Source of the DNA: Bosea sp. (in: a-proteobacteria)
GTDB taxonomy: Bacteria > Pseudomonadota > Alphaproteobacteria > Rhizobiales > Beijerinckiaceae
Reading direction: 5' to 3'
Length of the DNA: 59,318 bases
Assembly: GCA_036525085.1 (NCBI GenBank)
Contig: DATDBB010000451.1
Span: forward strand, 1 to 59,318
Shown here: positions 1-8,963 of the stretch, one piece after another
Layout: each line of letters starts with the position of its first letter
Numbering within the stretch: the stretch's first letter is position 1
Notes under the pieces: generated by a model
Told to the model about the DNA's origin: nothing
The model's input: only the letters and a program-made list of their open reading frames with translations
Databases searched by the model: none
Made by a program: the position numbers and the translations under genes

Positions 1-282
1 AATGCGACGGTCCGCACGGTCTTCATCATCGGGCCGGACAAGCGCATCAAGCTGATGCTGGTCTATCCGATGAGCACCGGCCGCAACTTCGACGAGATCC
101 TGCGCGTGATCGACTCGATGCAGCTCACCGCCAAGCACAAGGTCGCGACGCCGGTGAACTGGCAGAACGGCGACGACGTCATCATCCTCGCCTCAGTCTC
201 CGATGACGACGCCAAGAAGCAGTTCCCCCAGGGCTGGACGACGCTGAAGCCCTATCTGCGCGTGCTGCCGCAGCCGCGCTGA
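1..282 (+). CDS. Peroxiredoxin (1-Cys/Prx6 type), C-terminal part, truncated by the window edge
   Basis: Frame open from base 1: NATVRTVFIIGPDKRIKLMLVYPMSTGRNFDEILRVIDSMQLT...VATPVNW...KPYLR, the typical Prx6 C-terminus. Confidence 0.92.
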   Translation, partial: NATVRTVFIIGPDKRIKLMLVYPMSTGRNFDEILRVIDSMQLTAKHKVATPVNWQNGDDVIILASVSDDDAKKQFPQGWTTLKPYLRVLPQPR

Positions 283-285
283 AGG

Positions 286-303
286 GCGGGGCCCAGGCCC
301 CGC
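286..303 (+). terminator. GC-rich hairpin after the peroxiredoxin gene
   Basis: GCGGGGC-CCAG-GCCCCGC 3 bp after the stop; no clear U-tract. Confidence 0.45.
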
Positions 304-550
304 GACAATGCCGGCCAGCGCCGCGAGCCTGTCACGATAGGCGAACGGCGCCGTGCTCGCGCTTGAAACGGAAGCGGAAACGGTCGCGAGGGGCCTTTCC
401 GATCCGAGCTGATGGCGACATGATCGGTTGCGCAGCCTGGGCCTGCGCGACCGCGACGCATGGGACATCGAGAGAGCGCTCAGATCGGGCCGGCGCTGCT
501 GCTAGGATAGATTTCAGTCGATCCACGATACTCAAAAAGCGGCGGCTGCG

Positions 551-3500
551 ATGGTCGGCTTTTTCGATTACATCTGGCGCAACAGCCGCCGCGAGCAGAT
601 CAGGATCATCTGCATCGTCGTCCTGTCGCTGCCGTTCTATTACTTCTCCCTCGACGTTCCCCGCTACATCATCTCCGACGCCTTGCAGGGTCGTGCGTTC
701 GCAGACGGGCGGGATAGTGCGCGGCTGTTTCACCTCGGCCTGAACCTGCCGGACGCTCTCGGCGGCCCGCGGACCATCTTCGACGGGGTCTGGCTCGACA
801 GGCTGTCCTATCTGCTTGCGCTGTCCGGGCTGTTCCTGCTGCTCGTGCTGATCAATGGCGGCTTCAAATACGTCGTCAACATGCGCAAGGGCGCCCTGGG
901 CGAGCGCCTGTTGCAGCGCCTGCGTCTCGACCTGTTCTCGGCGGTGCTGCGCTTCAAGCCCGAGGCGCTGCAGCGGATCAAGCCCTCCGAGGCGGCGACG
1001 ATCATCAAGGACGAGGTCGAGCCGATCGGCGGGTTCGTCGGGGACGCCTTCGTGCAGCCGGTCTTCCTGGCCGGGCAGGCCCTGACGGCGCTGGCTTTCA
1101 TTCTCGCGCAGAACCTCGCGCTCGGCCTGATCGCCGCGGGCATGATCCTGATCCAGGGCGCGATCATTCCGCGCCTGCGGCGTGAGCAGATCCGGCTCGG
1201 GAGGCAGCGGCAGATCGTATCGCGGGCCTTTGCCGGCAAGATCGGCGAAGTGGTCGAGACCATGGCGGAGGTTACGAACCACGGCACCTCCGCCGTCGAG
1301 AAGAGCCAGGTGGCGCAGCGGCTGGAGACGCTGTTCGGCATTCGCTACCGGCTCTACGGCCGGAAATTCGCGGTCAAGACGCTGAACAACCTGCTGGCGC
1401 AGATCACGCCGTTCCTGTTCTACGCGGTCGGCGGCTATTTCGCCCTGGCCGGCCGCCTCGATCTCGGCCAACTCGTCGCCGTCATCGCGGCCTATCGCGA
1501 TTTGCCGTCCCCGGTGAAGGAGCTGATCGACTGGGACCAGCAGAGGCTGGATGTCGAGGCCAAGTTCCAGCAGGTGGTCGAGCATTTTTCGCTGAACGGC
1601 GATGCGCCGGAGGACAGCCCGGCCGGCGGAGGCGACGAGGCAGCCTGCCTTGCCGGCGCGGGCCCGATCGTCGCCCGCGGGCTGACGGTGGTGAATCCGA
1701 CCGGCGACCACGTTCTCGACCGGGTCTCGCTGTCGCTGCCGCTGCAACGGCATATCGCGCTGTCGGGCGGCGCGAGCGAAGGGGCGGGCATTCTGGCGCA
1801 ACTGCTGGGTGGGGTCCTCAGCGCCAGCGACGGCTCGCTGACGATCGCCGGCACGCCGCTGTCGCTGCTGTCGCCCGAGGCGCGCGGTCGTGGGATCGCC
1901 TATCTCGGCCCCGAGCCCGTGATCCTCGAAGGGAGCCTGCGGGACAACATCCTCTATGGCCTGCGCCGGGTCGTGCCCGACGCGGCGAACCCTGCGGGCT
2001 GGTCCGTCGATCCCGGCCGGGCGAATGCCGCCGACGAGGCCGAACTCGACCGGAAGCTCGTCGAGGTGCTGCGGATCACGGGGCTTGCCGATGCGGTGTT
2101 CCGCTTCGGGCTCGCCTGCAAGCTCGATCGCGGAACGCCGTCCGATGTGGTGCCGCGGATATCGGATATCCGCGCCCGCATCCGCGCCAGCCTGGCGGAG
2201 CGCGGCATGGACGCCGCGATAGAGCCCTATGACCCGGGCCGCTACACGCGCAACGCGACGATCGGCGAGAACATCCTCTTCGGCGTGCCGGTCGATCCGG
2301 CGCTGGTCGGAGCGAGCCTCGCCAGCCATGCCCCGACGCGCCGGGTGCTGGCCGATCTCGGCCTGACCGACACGCTCCAGGGGATCGGGCGGCGCATCGC
2401 TGCGACGATGCTGGAGATTTTTCGCGATCTCGCGCCTGGCCATGTGCTGTTCGAGCAGTATTCCTTCATCGCCGCCGAGGATTTCCAGGACTACCGGGAG
2501 ACGCTCGGCCGCATGGCGAGCGGCGTGGCGAGCGAGGCGGACCGCACGCGGCTGATCGGGCTAGCTCTTCTTTATATCGAGCCGCGACACCGTCTCGGCT
2601 TGCTGGACCCGGCGATCGAGGGGCGTATCCTGGCGGCGCGATCGGCCTTTCACGAACGGGCGCCGGCCGATTCCGCCCACTCGATCGCCTTCTACGAGCC
2701 GCAGCGCTACTGCGCGGCAGCGCCCGTGCGCGACAATGTCCTGTTCGGCGCGGTGGCGCATGACGCGGCGGTGGCCGACGAGGTCATCCGCGATACGCTG
2801 GCGGAGCTCGGGCTGGATGCCGACATCTATCGCTGCGGCCTCGAACAGCCGGCCGGCTATGCGGGCCGGCTGCTGTTCCCGGCGATGAAGACCCAGGTCG
2901 CCCTGGCGCGCTGCCTGATCAAGCAGCCGCAACTGCTCATTCTGAACAACGCTTTCGGAGCCTTCGGCCAGGGCGATGCGCGGCAGATCCTCAAGCGCGT
3001 CCGGGCGGCGATGGCTGGGCGGACGGTGATCGTCGCCGGGCGCGATCTGGCCTCCGACCAGGGCTATGACCTGCACATCGCCTTCGAAGGCGCCAGGCTG
3101 TCGAGCGTGCAGAGCGGCGCCGGGGCGGCTCTGGCCGCGGAATGGCCGGAGCCGGTAGAGGCCGAAGCCGACAGGGCCGCACGGATCGACACCGAGGAGA
3201 TCCGCGTCCTGCGGGCGGTGCCGATCTTCGGCGACCTCGACACGGCGCGTCTCAAGCTGCTCGCCTTCACCGGCGAACGCGTCGCCTTTGCTACGGGCGA
3301 TGTGCTGTTCCGGCAGGGCGATGAATCGGATGCGGCCTATGTCCTGCTCTCGGGCACCGCCGATGTCATGATCGCAGCCGGCAGCGGCGAGCCAGTATGG
3401 GTGTCGAGCCTCGCCCAGAACGCCATCGTCGGCGAGATGGGTCTCGTCACGGACGATCCCCGCTCGGCTACCGTGGTCGCGACCTCCGCCGTCGACGCGC

Positions 3501-3649
3501 TGAAGCTGCGCAAGGACGTCTTCCTGGCGCTGCTCGCCGAGTTCCCGAAGATGGCGCTGTCGGTGACGCGCCTGATGGTCAGGCGCCTGCGGGACAATGT
3601 CGTCTCGACTAGCCAGCATGAGCGGCGCGACGGTGAGCCGGAGCGGTGA
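551..3649 (+). CDS. ABC transporter: transmembrane domain + degenerate, interrupted ATPase domain + C-terminal cyclic-nucleotide-binding domain
   Basis: N-terminal exporter TM helices; RDNILYG/GENILFG/RDNVLFG; VALARCLIKQPQLLIL; C-terminal cNMP motifs LFRQGDESDAAYVLLSG and VGEMGL...PRSATV. Confidence 0.88.
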   Translation: MVGFFDYIWRNSRREQIRIICIVVLSLPFYYFSLDVPRYIISDALQGRAFADGRDSARLFHLGLNLPDALGGPRTIFDGVWLDRLSYLLALSGLFLLLVLINGGFKYVVNMRKGALGERLLQRLRLDLFSAVLRFKPEALQRIKPSEAATIIKDEVEPIGGFVGDAFVQPVFLAGQALTALAFILAQNLALGLIAAGMILIQGAIIPRLRREQIRLGRQRQIVSRAFAGKIGEVVETMAEVTNHGTSAVEKSQVAQRLETLFGIRYRLYGRKFAVKTLNNLLAQITPFLFYAVGGYFALAGRLDLGQLVAVIAAYRDLPSPVKELIDWDQQRLDVEAKFQQVVEHFSLNGDAPEDSPAGGGDEAACLAGAGPIVARGLTVVNPTGDHVLDRVSLSLPLQRHIALSGGASEGAGILAQLLGGVLSASDGSLTIAGTPLSLLSPEARGRGIAYLGPEPVILEGSLRDNILYGLRRVVPDAANPAGWSVDPGRANAADEAELDRKLVEVLRITGLADAVFRFGLACKLDRGTPSDVVPRISDIRARIRASLAERGMDAAIEPYDPGRYTRNATIGENILFGVPVDPALVGASLASHAPTRRVLADLGLTDTLQGIGRRIAATMLEIFRDLAPGHVLFEQYSFIAAEDFQDYRETLGRMASGVASEADRTRLIGLALLYIEPRHRLGLLDPAIEGRILAARSAFHERAPADSAHSIAFYEPQRYCAAAPVRDNVLFGAVAHDAAVADEVIRDTLAELGLDADIYRCGLEQPAGYAGRLLFPAMKTQVALARCLIKQPQLLILNNAFGAFGQGDARQILKRVRAAMAGRTVIVAGRDLASDQGYDLHIAFEGARLSSVQSGAGAALAAEWPEPVEAEADRAARIDTEEIRVLRAVPIFGDLDTARLKLLAFTGERVAFATGDVLFRQGDESDAAYVLLSGTADVMIAAGSGEPVWVSSLAQNAIVGEMGLVTDDPRSATVVATSAVDALKLRKDVFLALLAEFPKMALSVTRLMVRRLRDNVVSTSQHERRDGEPER

Positions 3650-3717
3650 CGGGCCGCGGCCCCTTGTTCTTGCATCGGCTTCTTCGAGAGCCGCACTCCA
3701 CGTCTCGGGCCGATGCC

Positions 3718-4749
3718 CTAAGGCGCGACATAGCTCAAGGCGAGCTTCTGCGTGGGCGTGATGACGCGGCGGGCGGTCGAGACCGTGCGAACGCGCGTCG
3801 GGGCGGCGTCGATCGCGCACATGCGGATCAGCCGTGAACCCTCCAGGTCGCGATCATGCAGGGCGGTGCTTGCGGGAGCCTGCGACTCGGCGATGCAGGC
3901 GGTGAAGGCGAAGGGCGTGTAGACGGGAAGCTCAAAGGCCTCCCAGCCATCCGACAATGGCGGGCTCGGACGTTCCATGATCCATTCGGCCGTGGCGCCG
4001 CTGATGCGGCATGGGCCCGGCGCAAAGGCCTTGAAGGCCTCCAGCGTGATGTCCCTGGTGACGTTCCTGAGATTACAGACGACCGAGGTCTCGTCGAACA
4101 CCGTGATGATGGCGCTGATCACGTCGCCCGGGTCGACGGGCAGGGCGAGGGGCTCCTCCTCCGTCACCTGGCCGCGGGCCCACCACTGGAACCAGGCGCC
4201 GTATTGCGCCGTCGCCGCCGCCCCGCTCGTGCAGCGCTGGCTGGTGCCGATCTGGGGCAGCGAGGAATCGAGATAGGCTCGCTGGCCGTCGAGGCCGATC
4301 CAGGTCGAGCTGCGGTATTCCGGTCCGGTGCCGCCGGGCGGGGCGGACACCGTCGGGACGGTCCAGTCGGCCATCACCGAGACGAAGCTGTGGCCGTCGC
4401 GAGGCGTCAGGTAGCCGCCCGACCAGTTGACGCTCTTCTGCGCCGGCTGCGCGGTGGGCGCCGCGCGAGGGATCACGGCAGCGGCCCGCGCCATTTCGGC
4501 CATGGCCAGGGCCGGCATGTAATGGTGAGGGCGGCCGTCGACCGCTCCCCGCAGATAGGCGCGGCGAAAGGCCGTCGCCTTCGGGTTCGACGCCATGGCG
4601 TTGAGCGTCGGCAAGCCGAGGCGGATCAGCGCGCTGTCGGGGGCGCGCGACGGCACGAAGTCGTCGCGCGGCACGCCGTAGGTCTCGATACGGGCTCGCC
4701 GCGGCAGGTCCGGTTCGCGTCCATCGTGTCCGCCGTGGCCGGGCGTCAT
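3718..4749 (-). CDS. Family G1 (eqolisin-like) glutamic peptidase, no signal peptide
   Basis: SVNWSGGY, WTVPTV, STWIGLDG, LPQIGT (catalytic Gln), AWFQWW, AEWIMERP (catalytic Glu); ATG at 4749 overlaps the upstream stop (ATGA). Confidence 0.85.
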   Translation of the reverse strand: MTPGHGGHDGREPDLPRRARIETYGVPRDDFVPSRAPDSALIRLGLPTLNAMASNPKATAFRRAYLRGAVDGRPHHYMPALAMAEMARAAAVIPRAAPTAQPAQKSVNWSGGYLTPRDGHSFVSVMADWTVPTVSAPPGGTGPEYRSSTWIGLDGQRAYLDSSLPQIGTSQRCTSGAAATAQYGAWFQWWARGQVTEEEPLALPVDPGDVISAIITVFDETSVVCNLRNVTRDITLEAFKAFAPGPCRISGATAEWIMERPSPPLSDGWEAFELPVYTPFAFTACIAESQAPASTALHDRDLEGSRLIRMCAIDAAPTRVRTVSTARRVITPTQKLALSYVAP

Positions 4750-5783
4750 GGGAAACTCCTGTCGGGAGTCCATTCGCGCCTCGCGGCCGCGATCACGGCG
4801 CGGCCGAACGGCCTGATCGCGTAGCCGGCGGAATCCTGCGTATCAGGTTCCGTCAGGACGTCGAAAGCAGCCTGCGCGAGCGCCTGTCCGGCCGCGGAAT
4901 CGCTCGGATAGTGCAGCCCGGCGATCTCGCGGTTGCGCGCGACGCGGCGCGCCAGCGCGAGCAGCGCCTCCACCGAGGCCTTGATGTCGTCCGGGGGCAG
5001 GGGCGGATCGACCAGTTCCAGGACGTGCTGCATGCAGAGCGCGATCAGATGGGCCTGGGTCGCGTGGCCGCTCGGATAGGAGGAGTGGCCGGGCACCGGC
5101 ACCGGCGGCAGGAGCGCCGGGCATTCCCAGGAGGGGCGGGGCCGGTTGAACTCATGCTTGAAGTGGAGCGCCGTGAACGATCCGATCAGGCTCGCGATGT
5201 GCAGGACCCGGAAGGTGCGCGGATGCGAGCCGGGCGTCATCGCCAGCAATCCCATGAAGGCCGTGATGAATTCGACGTCCTGGGTCAGAATCTCGCCCAG
5301 CGCCGAAGCCCGCTCGTCGCGCGCCATGGCGCGAAGGATGTCGATCTCGACGGCCTGCTTCGTCGGCGATGTCGGCACGCTCGGATCGACGTAGCTGTTG
5401 AGATCGAGAAGGATGTCGACGAGATCGTCGTGGATCGCACCCGGCGACCAGCTGTCGGCAAAGCGGGCTAGAACCTTGAAGGCGTACCAGCGCGCGCCCC
5501 AGTTGTTGTCGTCGAACTCGACCGAGGGCGCGTCATCGGCATCGGCGCTGCGGAAGCGGACCCTTCGTCTCGAGCCGTTGGACTCGTCGCGGATATGCAC
5601 CGTCCGGCAAAGGTCGGCGATGCGGCCGACCGTCCCCGGCCCGCTGGGATAGGATTCCATCACGAAGGGGAAATCGGCCCTGTCGGGCACGAACCAGCCG
5701 CCTCCCATGTCGCCGCTGATGCCGGCGTTTCCCGTATTGCCGGTGTTCCCGGTATTCCCCGTGTTTCCCGTATTGCCGGTCAT
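4746..5783 (-). CDS. PAP2 / vanadium-haloperoxidase superfamily phosphatase with N-terminal Gly-Asn-Thr repeat
   Basis: All three motifs present: KHEFNRPRP, SYPSGH, RNREIAGLHYPSD; N-terminus MTGNTGNTGNTGNTGNTGNAGISGDMGGG. Confidence 0.88.
   Translation of the reverse strand: MTGNTGNTGNTGNTGNTGNAGISGDMGGGWFVPDRADFPFVMESYPSGPGTVGRIADLCRTVHIRDESNGSRRRVRFRSADADDAPSVEFDDNNWGARWYAFKVLARFADSWSPGAIHDDLVDILLDLNSYVDPSVPTSPTKQAVEIDILRAMARDERASALGEILTQDVEFITAFMGLLAMTPGSHPRTFRVLHIASLIGSFTALHFKHEFNRPRPSWECPALLPPVPVPGHSSYPSGHATQAHLIALCMQHVLELVDPPLPPDDIKASVEALLALARRVARNREIAGLHYPSDSAAGQALAQAAFDVLTEPDTQDSAGYAIRPFGRAVIAAARREWTPDRSFP
5724..5780 (-). repeat. Six 9-bp coding repeats (Thr-Gly-Asn) with synonymous variation
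   Basis: Minus strand reads acc ggc aat acg gga aac acg ggg aat acc ggg aac acc ggc aat acg gga aac gcc. Confidence 0.9.
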
Positions 5784-5830
5784 GGCGCCCCCCGCACGAT
5801 TGCTGTTTCGGCAAAGTCGTAGGCTTCAGC

Positions 5831-7585
5831 TCAGTCAGGCAGTCCCGCCTCGCGCAGATGTTCGATCCATGGCTCCAGAACGGATGGCACGAACGGGCAG
5901 CGCGGGGCGTAGGAGGTCAGTCGGAAATCGGGCTGGACCAGCATCAGGCGGTCGGCCGCGCTCGCGGCCTCCGCCAGGCGGCCAGCGGCGACCAAGCTGG
6001 CGACAAGCGTGCGCAATGTAAAGCGGATCGAGGGGTTGTGAGCGACGGCGCTGCGCGCCCAGGCGACGGCCTGATCGTAGTCGCCATTGATGTAATGCGC
6101 CTGGGCGAGCATGCCCTCGTGCCAGAAGCGATAGGGGTCGGCCGGCGCCAGACGCTGACCATTCTCGCCGTGCTGCACCGCCAGCGGCCCGTTGCCGACG
6201 AAGCCGCGGGTCGCGCTGCTCATCGTCCAGGCCATGGCGACGCTCGGCCCCGCCTCGATCGCGCGATCGAGAAAGCGCTGTGCGGTCACGAAATCTCGTA
6301 GCAGGAAGGCCTGGACATGGCCGTAGACCGCCAGGGCGAGCGCGTCGTTGCCATCGCGCTCGATCGCCGCGAGCGCCCGCTCGACCGCCTCCCGGGCGTC
6401 CCCTTCAGGATCGGGCGATCCGAGTTCGCCGACGCGGAAGACATGCCAAAGGGCGGCATAGGTGAAGGGCGGCCCATAGGATGGGTCCAGCGTCATGGCC
6501 TGCTGCAACAGCCCGCGCGCACGGGCGAAGCTGTCGGGGTCCATCTTGTAGAGCAGGTCGAGCGCCTGGAGCAGCAGGTCGTAGGCGGTCATGTTCTGGG
6601 GGTGCTGGCGCAGGGCCCGGCGCAGCTCGCGCTCGCGGACATGGGGCGCGATGGTCCGGACGAGCTTCAGCGAGATGCGGTCCTGCAACTCGAACAGTTC
6701 GGCCATCCTGCCATCGTAATGATCGGCGCTGACCACGGCGCCGTTCTCGTTGGCGATCAGCTCGGTGCTGATCCGCACCCGGCCCTCGGAGAGAGCGACG
6801 GTGCCGTCCATGACGTAGCGCACGCCGAGCTTGCGCCCGATCGCGACCGGGTCGACCCGCCGCCGGCCGTATTCCAGCGTCGAGCCGCGCGAGATGACGA
6901 ACAGGTCCTTGAGGCCGGACAGCGACTGGATGATCGAGTCGACGACGCCGTCGGCGACGAAGGCCTTGTTGGGGCTCGAGCCGTTCATCCGGAAGGGGAG
7001 GACCGCTATGGAGGCCCGCGCATCGGCGTCGGCATGGCTCTCGCCGATCTTGCGGGCGGGTCCGGCTCCCGCGTCGGCGCGAAGGGCGAAGACCCGCACC
7101 GGCCGCTTGTGATTGCGCAGGTAGATTTCGCCCATGTCGAAGGCGAGCGACCTGGATTCGTCGTCGGCCCGCTCGAACACGGCCTTGGATATGATCACGC
7201 CGCCTTGCTCGGCATAGGATTGCAGCCGGGCGGCGACATTGACGCCATCGCCGAAGATGTCGTCGTTCTCGAGAATGACATCGGCGAGATGGATGCCCAT
7301 CCGGAACGCGATGCGAAGCGCAGGCGGCTGGTCGGCGGTCGCGACGGCGAGCGCGCGCTGCAGGCCCAGCGCACAGCGGGTCGCCGCGGAAGCGCTGTCG
7401 AAGGTCGCCAGGAAACCGTCGCCGGTGTTCTTGACGATCCGCCCCTCATGCTTCTGGACGCAAGGGTCGATCAGGCTGGAGCGCAGGCTCATCAGGCGAT
7501 GATGAGTCGCTTCCTCCGCCGCCTCGCTGAGGCGCATGTACCCGACGACGTCGGCGGAGAGAATGGCGGTCAGATGGCGTTGCAT
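5831..7585 (-). CDS. Class III adenylate/guanylate cyclase + TolB-like + TPR protein
   Basis: ILSADVVGY, KNTGDGFL, FRMGIH, DIFGDGVNVAARLQ; SIAVLPF; TPR-like C-terminus. Start placed at MQRHLTAIL (7585) rather than 7834. Confidence 0.9.
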   Translation of the reverse strand: MQRHLTAILSADVVGYMRLSEAAEEATHHRLMSLRSSLIDPCVQKHEGRIVKNTGDGFLATFDSASAATRCALGLQRALAVATADQPPALRIAFRMGIHLADVILENDDIFGDGVNVAARLQSYAEQGGVIISKAVFERADDESRSLAFDMGEIYLRNHKRPVRVFALRADAGAGPARKIGESHADADARASIAVLPFRMNGSSPNKAFVADGVVDSIIQSLSGLKDLFVISRGSTLEYGRRRVDPVAIGRKLGVRYVMDGTVALSEGRVRISTELIANENGAVVSADHYDGRMAELFELQDRISLKLVRTIAPHVRERELRRALRQHPQNMTAYDLLLQALDLLYKMDPDSFARARGLLQQAMTLDPSYGPPFTYAALWHVFRVGELGSPDPEGDAREAVERALAAIERDGNDALALAVYGHVQAFLLRDFVTAQRFLDRAIEAGPSVAMAWTMSSATRGFVGNGPLAVQHGENGQRLAPADPYRFWHEGMLAQAHYINGDYDQAVAWARSAVAHNPSIRFTLRTLVASLVAAGRLAEAASAADRLMLVQPDFRLTSYAPRCPFVPSVLEPWIEHLREAGLPD

Positions 7586-7843
7586 CGTCGCTACGAAGCT
7601 CTCACATCCAGACCGGACAGCGCCGGTCGAGACGGCCAGTGCAGGATCAAGCTTCGCTGAATGCTGGCATGAGAGACGTGTGCGGTCCACCTCTATGCTG
7701 AATGGCTTCGAGGCTGGGGGCGTAGCGAGCGACCGTGGTCGAACACGTTTGCGTGCGTTGCGGCCGGCGGGCGGCCGCAACGGCCTGCGGACGAGCATGG
7801 CGGCAGATCGCAATTGTCGAGACAAATCAGCCATCTGCTCGCG

Positions 7844-8104
7844 TCACTTCGGATCCCAATATAATGCCTCGATGCGGGGTATTCCGATGTCGCTCAGGGT
7901 ATGATCGTCGAGAGGCTCCACGTCGAAGCCGGCACGCCGATCGTCGCCCGTCCGGAACAGCCAGTGACGGAGTTGTCCGGCTTGCCGCGACAACCGGGCC
8001 AGGAACGGGCATTCACCGGCGCGGGCGGCCGGCGCGATGTCGCGCAGCGGCTCCAGATCTGCTAGTTTCAAGGGCGTTTGACGATGGTTTGTGGCACTGT
8101 ACAC
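7844..8104 (-). CDS. Small DUF1127-like protein
   Basis: C-terminal LDDHTLSDIGIPR motif; GTG at 8104 preceded by AAGGAGGGGAG. Confidence 0.65.
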   Translation of the reverse strand: MYSATNHRQTPLKLADLEPLRDIAPAARAGECPFLARLSRQAGQLRHWLFRTGDDRRAGFDVEPLDDHTLSDIGIPRIEALYWDPK

Positions 8105-8203
8105 GATGCAACTCCCCTCCTTGATCGGCCTTGTCCCTGATCGCGATGGGCGATCATGGTGGCTGATCGGCGAGGGTTTCTGGGACTTTCCGGCTTCGCG
8201 TTC

Positions 8204-8219
8204 TGTGCGCTGGGTCACA
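8204..8219. promoter_or_regulatory. CRP-family binding site candidate
   Basis: TGTGC-GCTGGG-TCACA, one mismatch to TGTGA-N6-TCACA, in the divergent gap between the DUF1127-like gene and crp. Confidence 0.55.
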
Positions 8220-8262
8220 TAAGCTCAGGCTGCCCGGCGCAGCCGCTCGTCGGGGGCGCGAG

Positions 8263-8946
8263 ATGAACGACGGACATCATCGCATTGCGAGCCTCCTGTC
8301 GGCGAACCCGTTCTTCTCGGGCCTGGTCCAGGAGACGCTCGAAAGGATCGCGAGCATCTGCAAGCCGCATCATCTCGCGGCCCGCGAGGTGCTGTTCCTG
8401 AAGGGCGATCCGAGCGATGGGCTCTATGCCATCCGGCGCGGATTGATCCGGATCGGAACGACGGATGATCTCGGGCAGCAGATGACGATGAATGTTCTCG
8501 GAGGCGGCGACGTCTTCGGCGAGATCGCGCTGCTTGACGGGCGCTCGCGAACGGCGGATGCGGTGGCGATGGAGGACACCGAGATGTTCTTCCTGCCGCG
8601 GCGCGATCTCATGAACCTGCTCAAGAGCGACCCCTCGATCGCATTGCAGTTGATCGAGCTTCTCTGTGCCCGTCTGCGCGACATCATCGAGCGGATGGAG
8701 GAAGCCACCTTCCTGCCCGCCGAGACGCGGCTGGCGCGCCGCATCCTGATGCTCGCGACGGATTACGGCACGGAGGTGCATGCCTCGCAGGAAGAACTGG
8801 CCTCACTTGCGGGGGTGACGCGGGAAACGGTCAACCGCCAGCTGCAGGGCTGGAGACGGAGCGGTGTTCTCTCCCCGGGGCGCGGCAAACTGCTGATCCA
8901 TGACATCGACGAGTTGAGGCGGCTGGCGAAGGCCGGGGCGATCTGA
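8263..8946 (+). CDS. Crp/Fnr family transcriptional regulator
   Basis: cNMP domain (LFLKGD, FGEIALLDGRSRTADA) and HTH SQEELASLAGVTRETVNRQL. Confidence 0.93.
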   Translation: MNDGHHRIASLLSANPFFSGLVQETLERIASICKPHHLAAREVLFLKGDPSDGLYAIRRGLIRIGTTDDLGQQMTMNVLGGGDVFGEIALLDGRSRTADAVAMEDTEMFFLPRRDLMNLLKSDPSIALQLIELLCARLRDIIERMEEATFLPAETRLARRILMLATDYGTEVHASQEELASLAGVTRETVNRQLQGWRRSGVLSPGRGKLLIHDIDELRRLAKAGAI

Positions 8947-8963
8947 CCGGAGCGGCCGCTGCG

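Noticed and set aside
332-2443. Long antisense or alternate-frame ORFs (also 8985..11141, 12762..15455, 18010..20130, 22142..24709, 32548..34398, 52174..54054)
   Set aside because: They overlap well-supported genes, have Arg/Ala/Gly-rich motif-less translations, and are expected shadows in high-GC DNA
7586-7834. N-terminal extensions in the ORF track (cyclase; also 17512, 30492, 38570 and 43773 starts)
   Set aside because: The extensions overlap upstream genes or lack family similarity; downstream starts with an RBS or ATGA coupling were preferred
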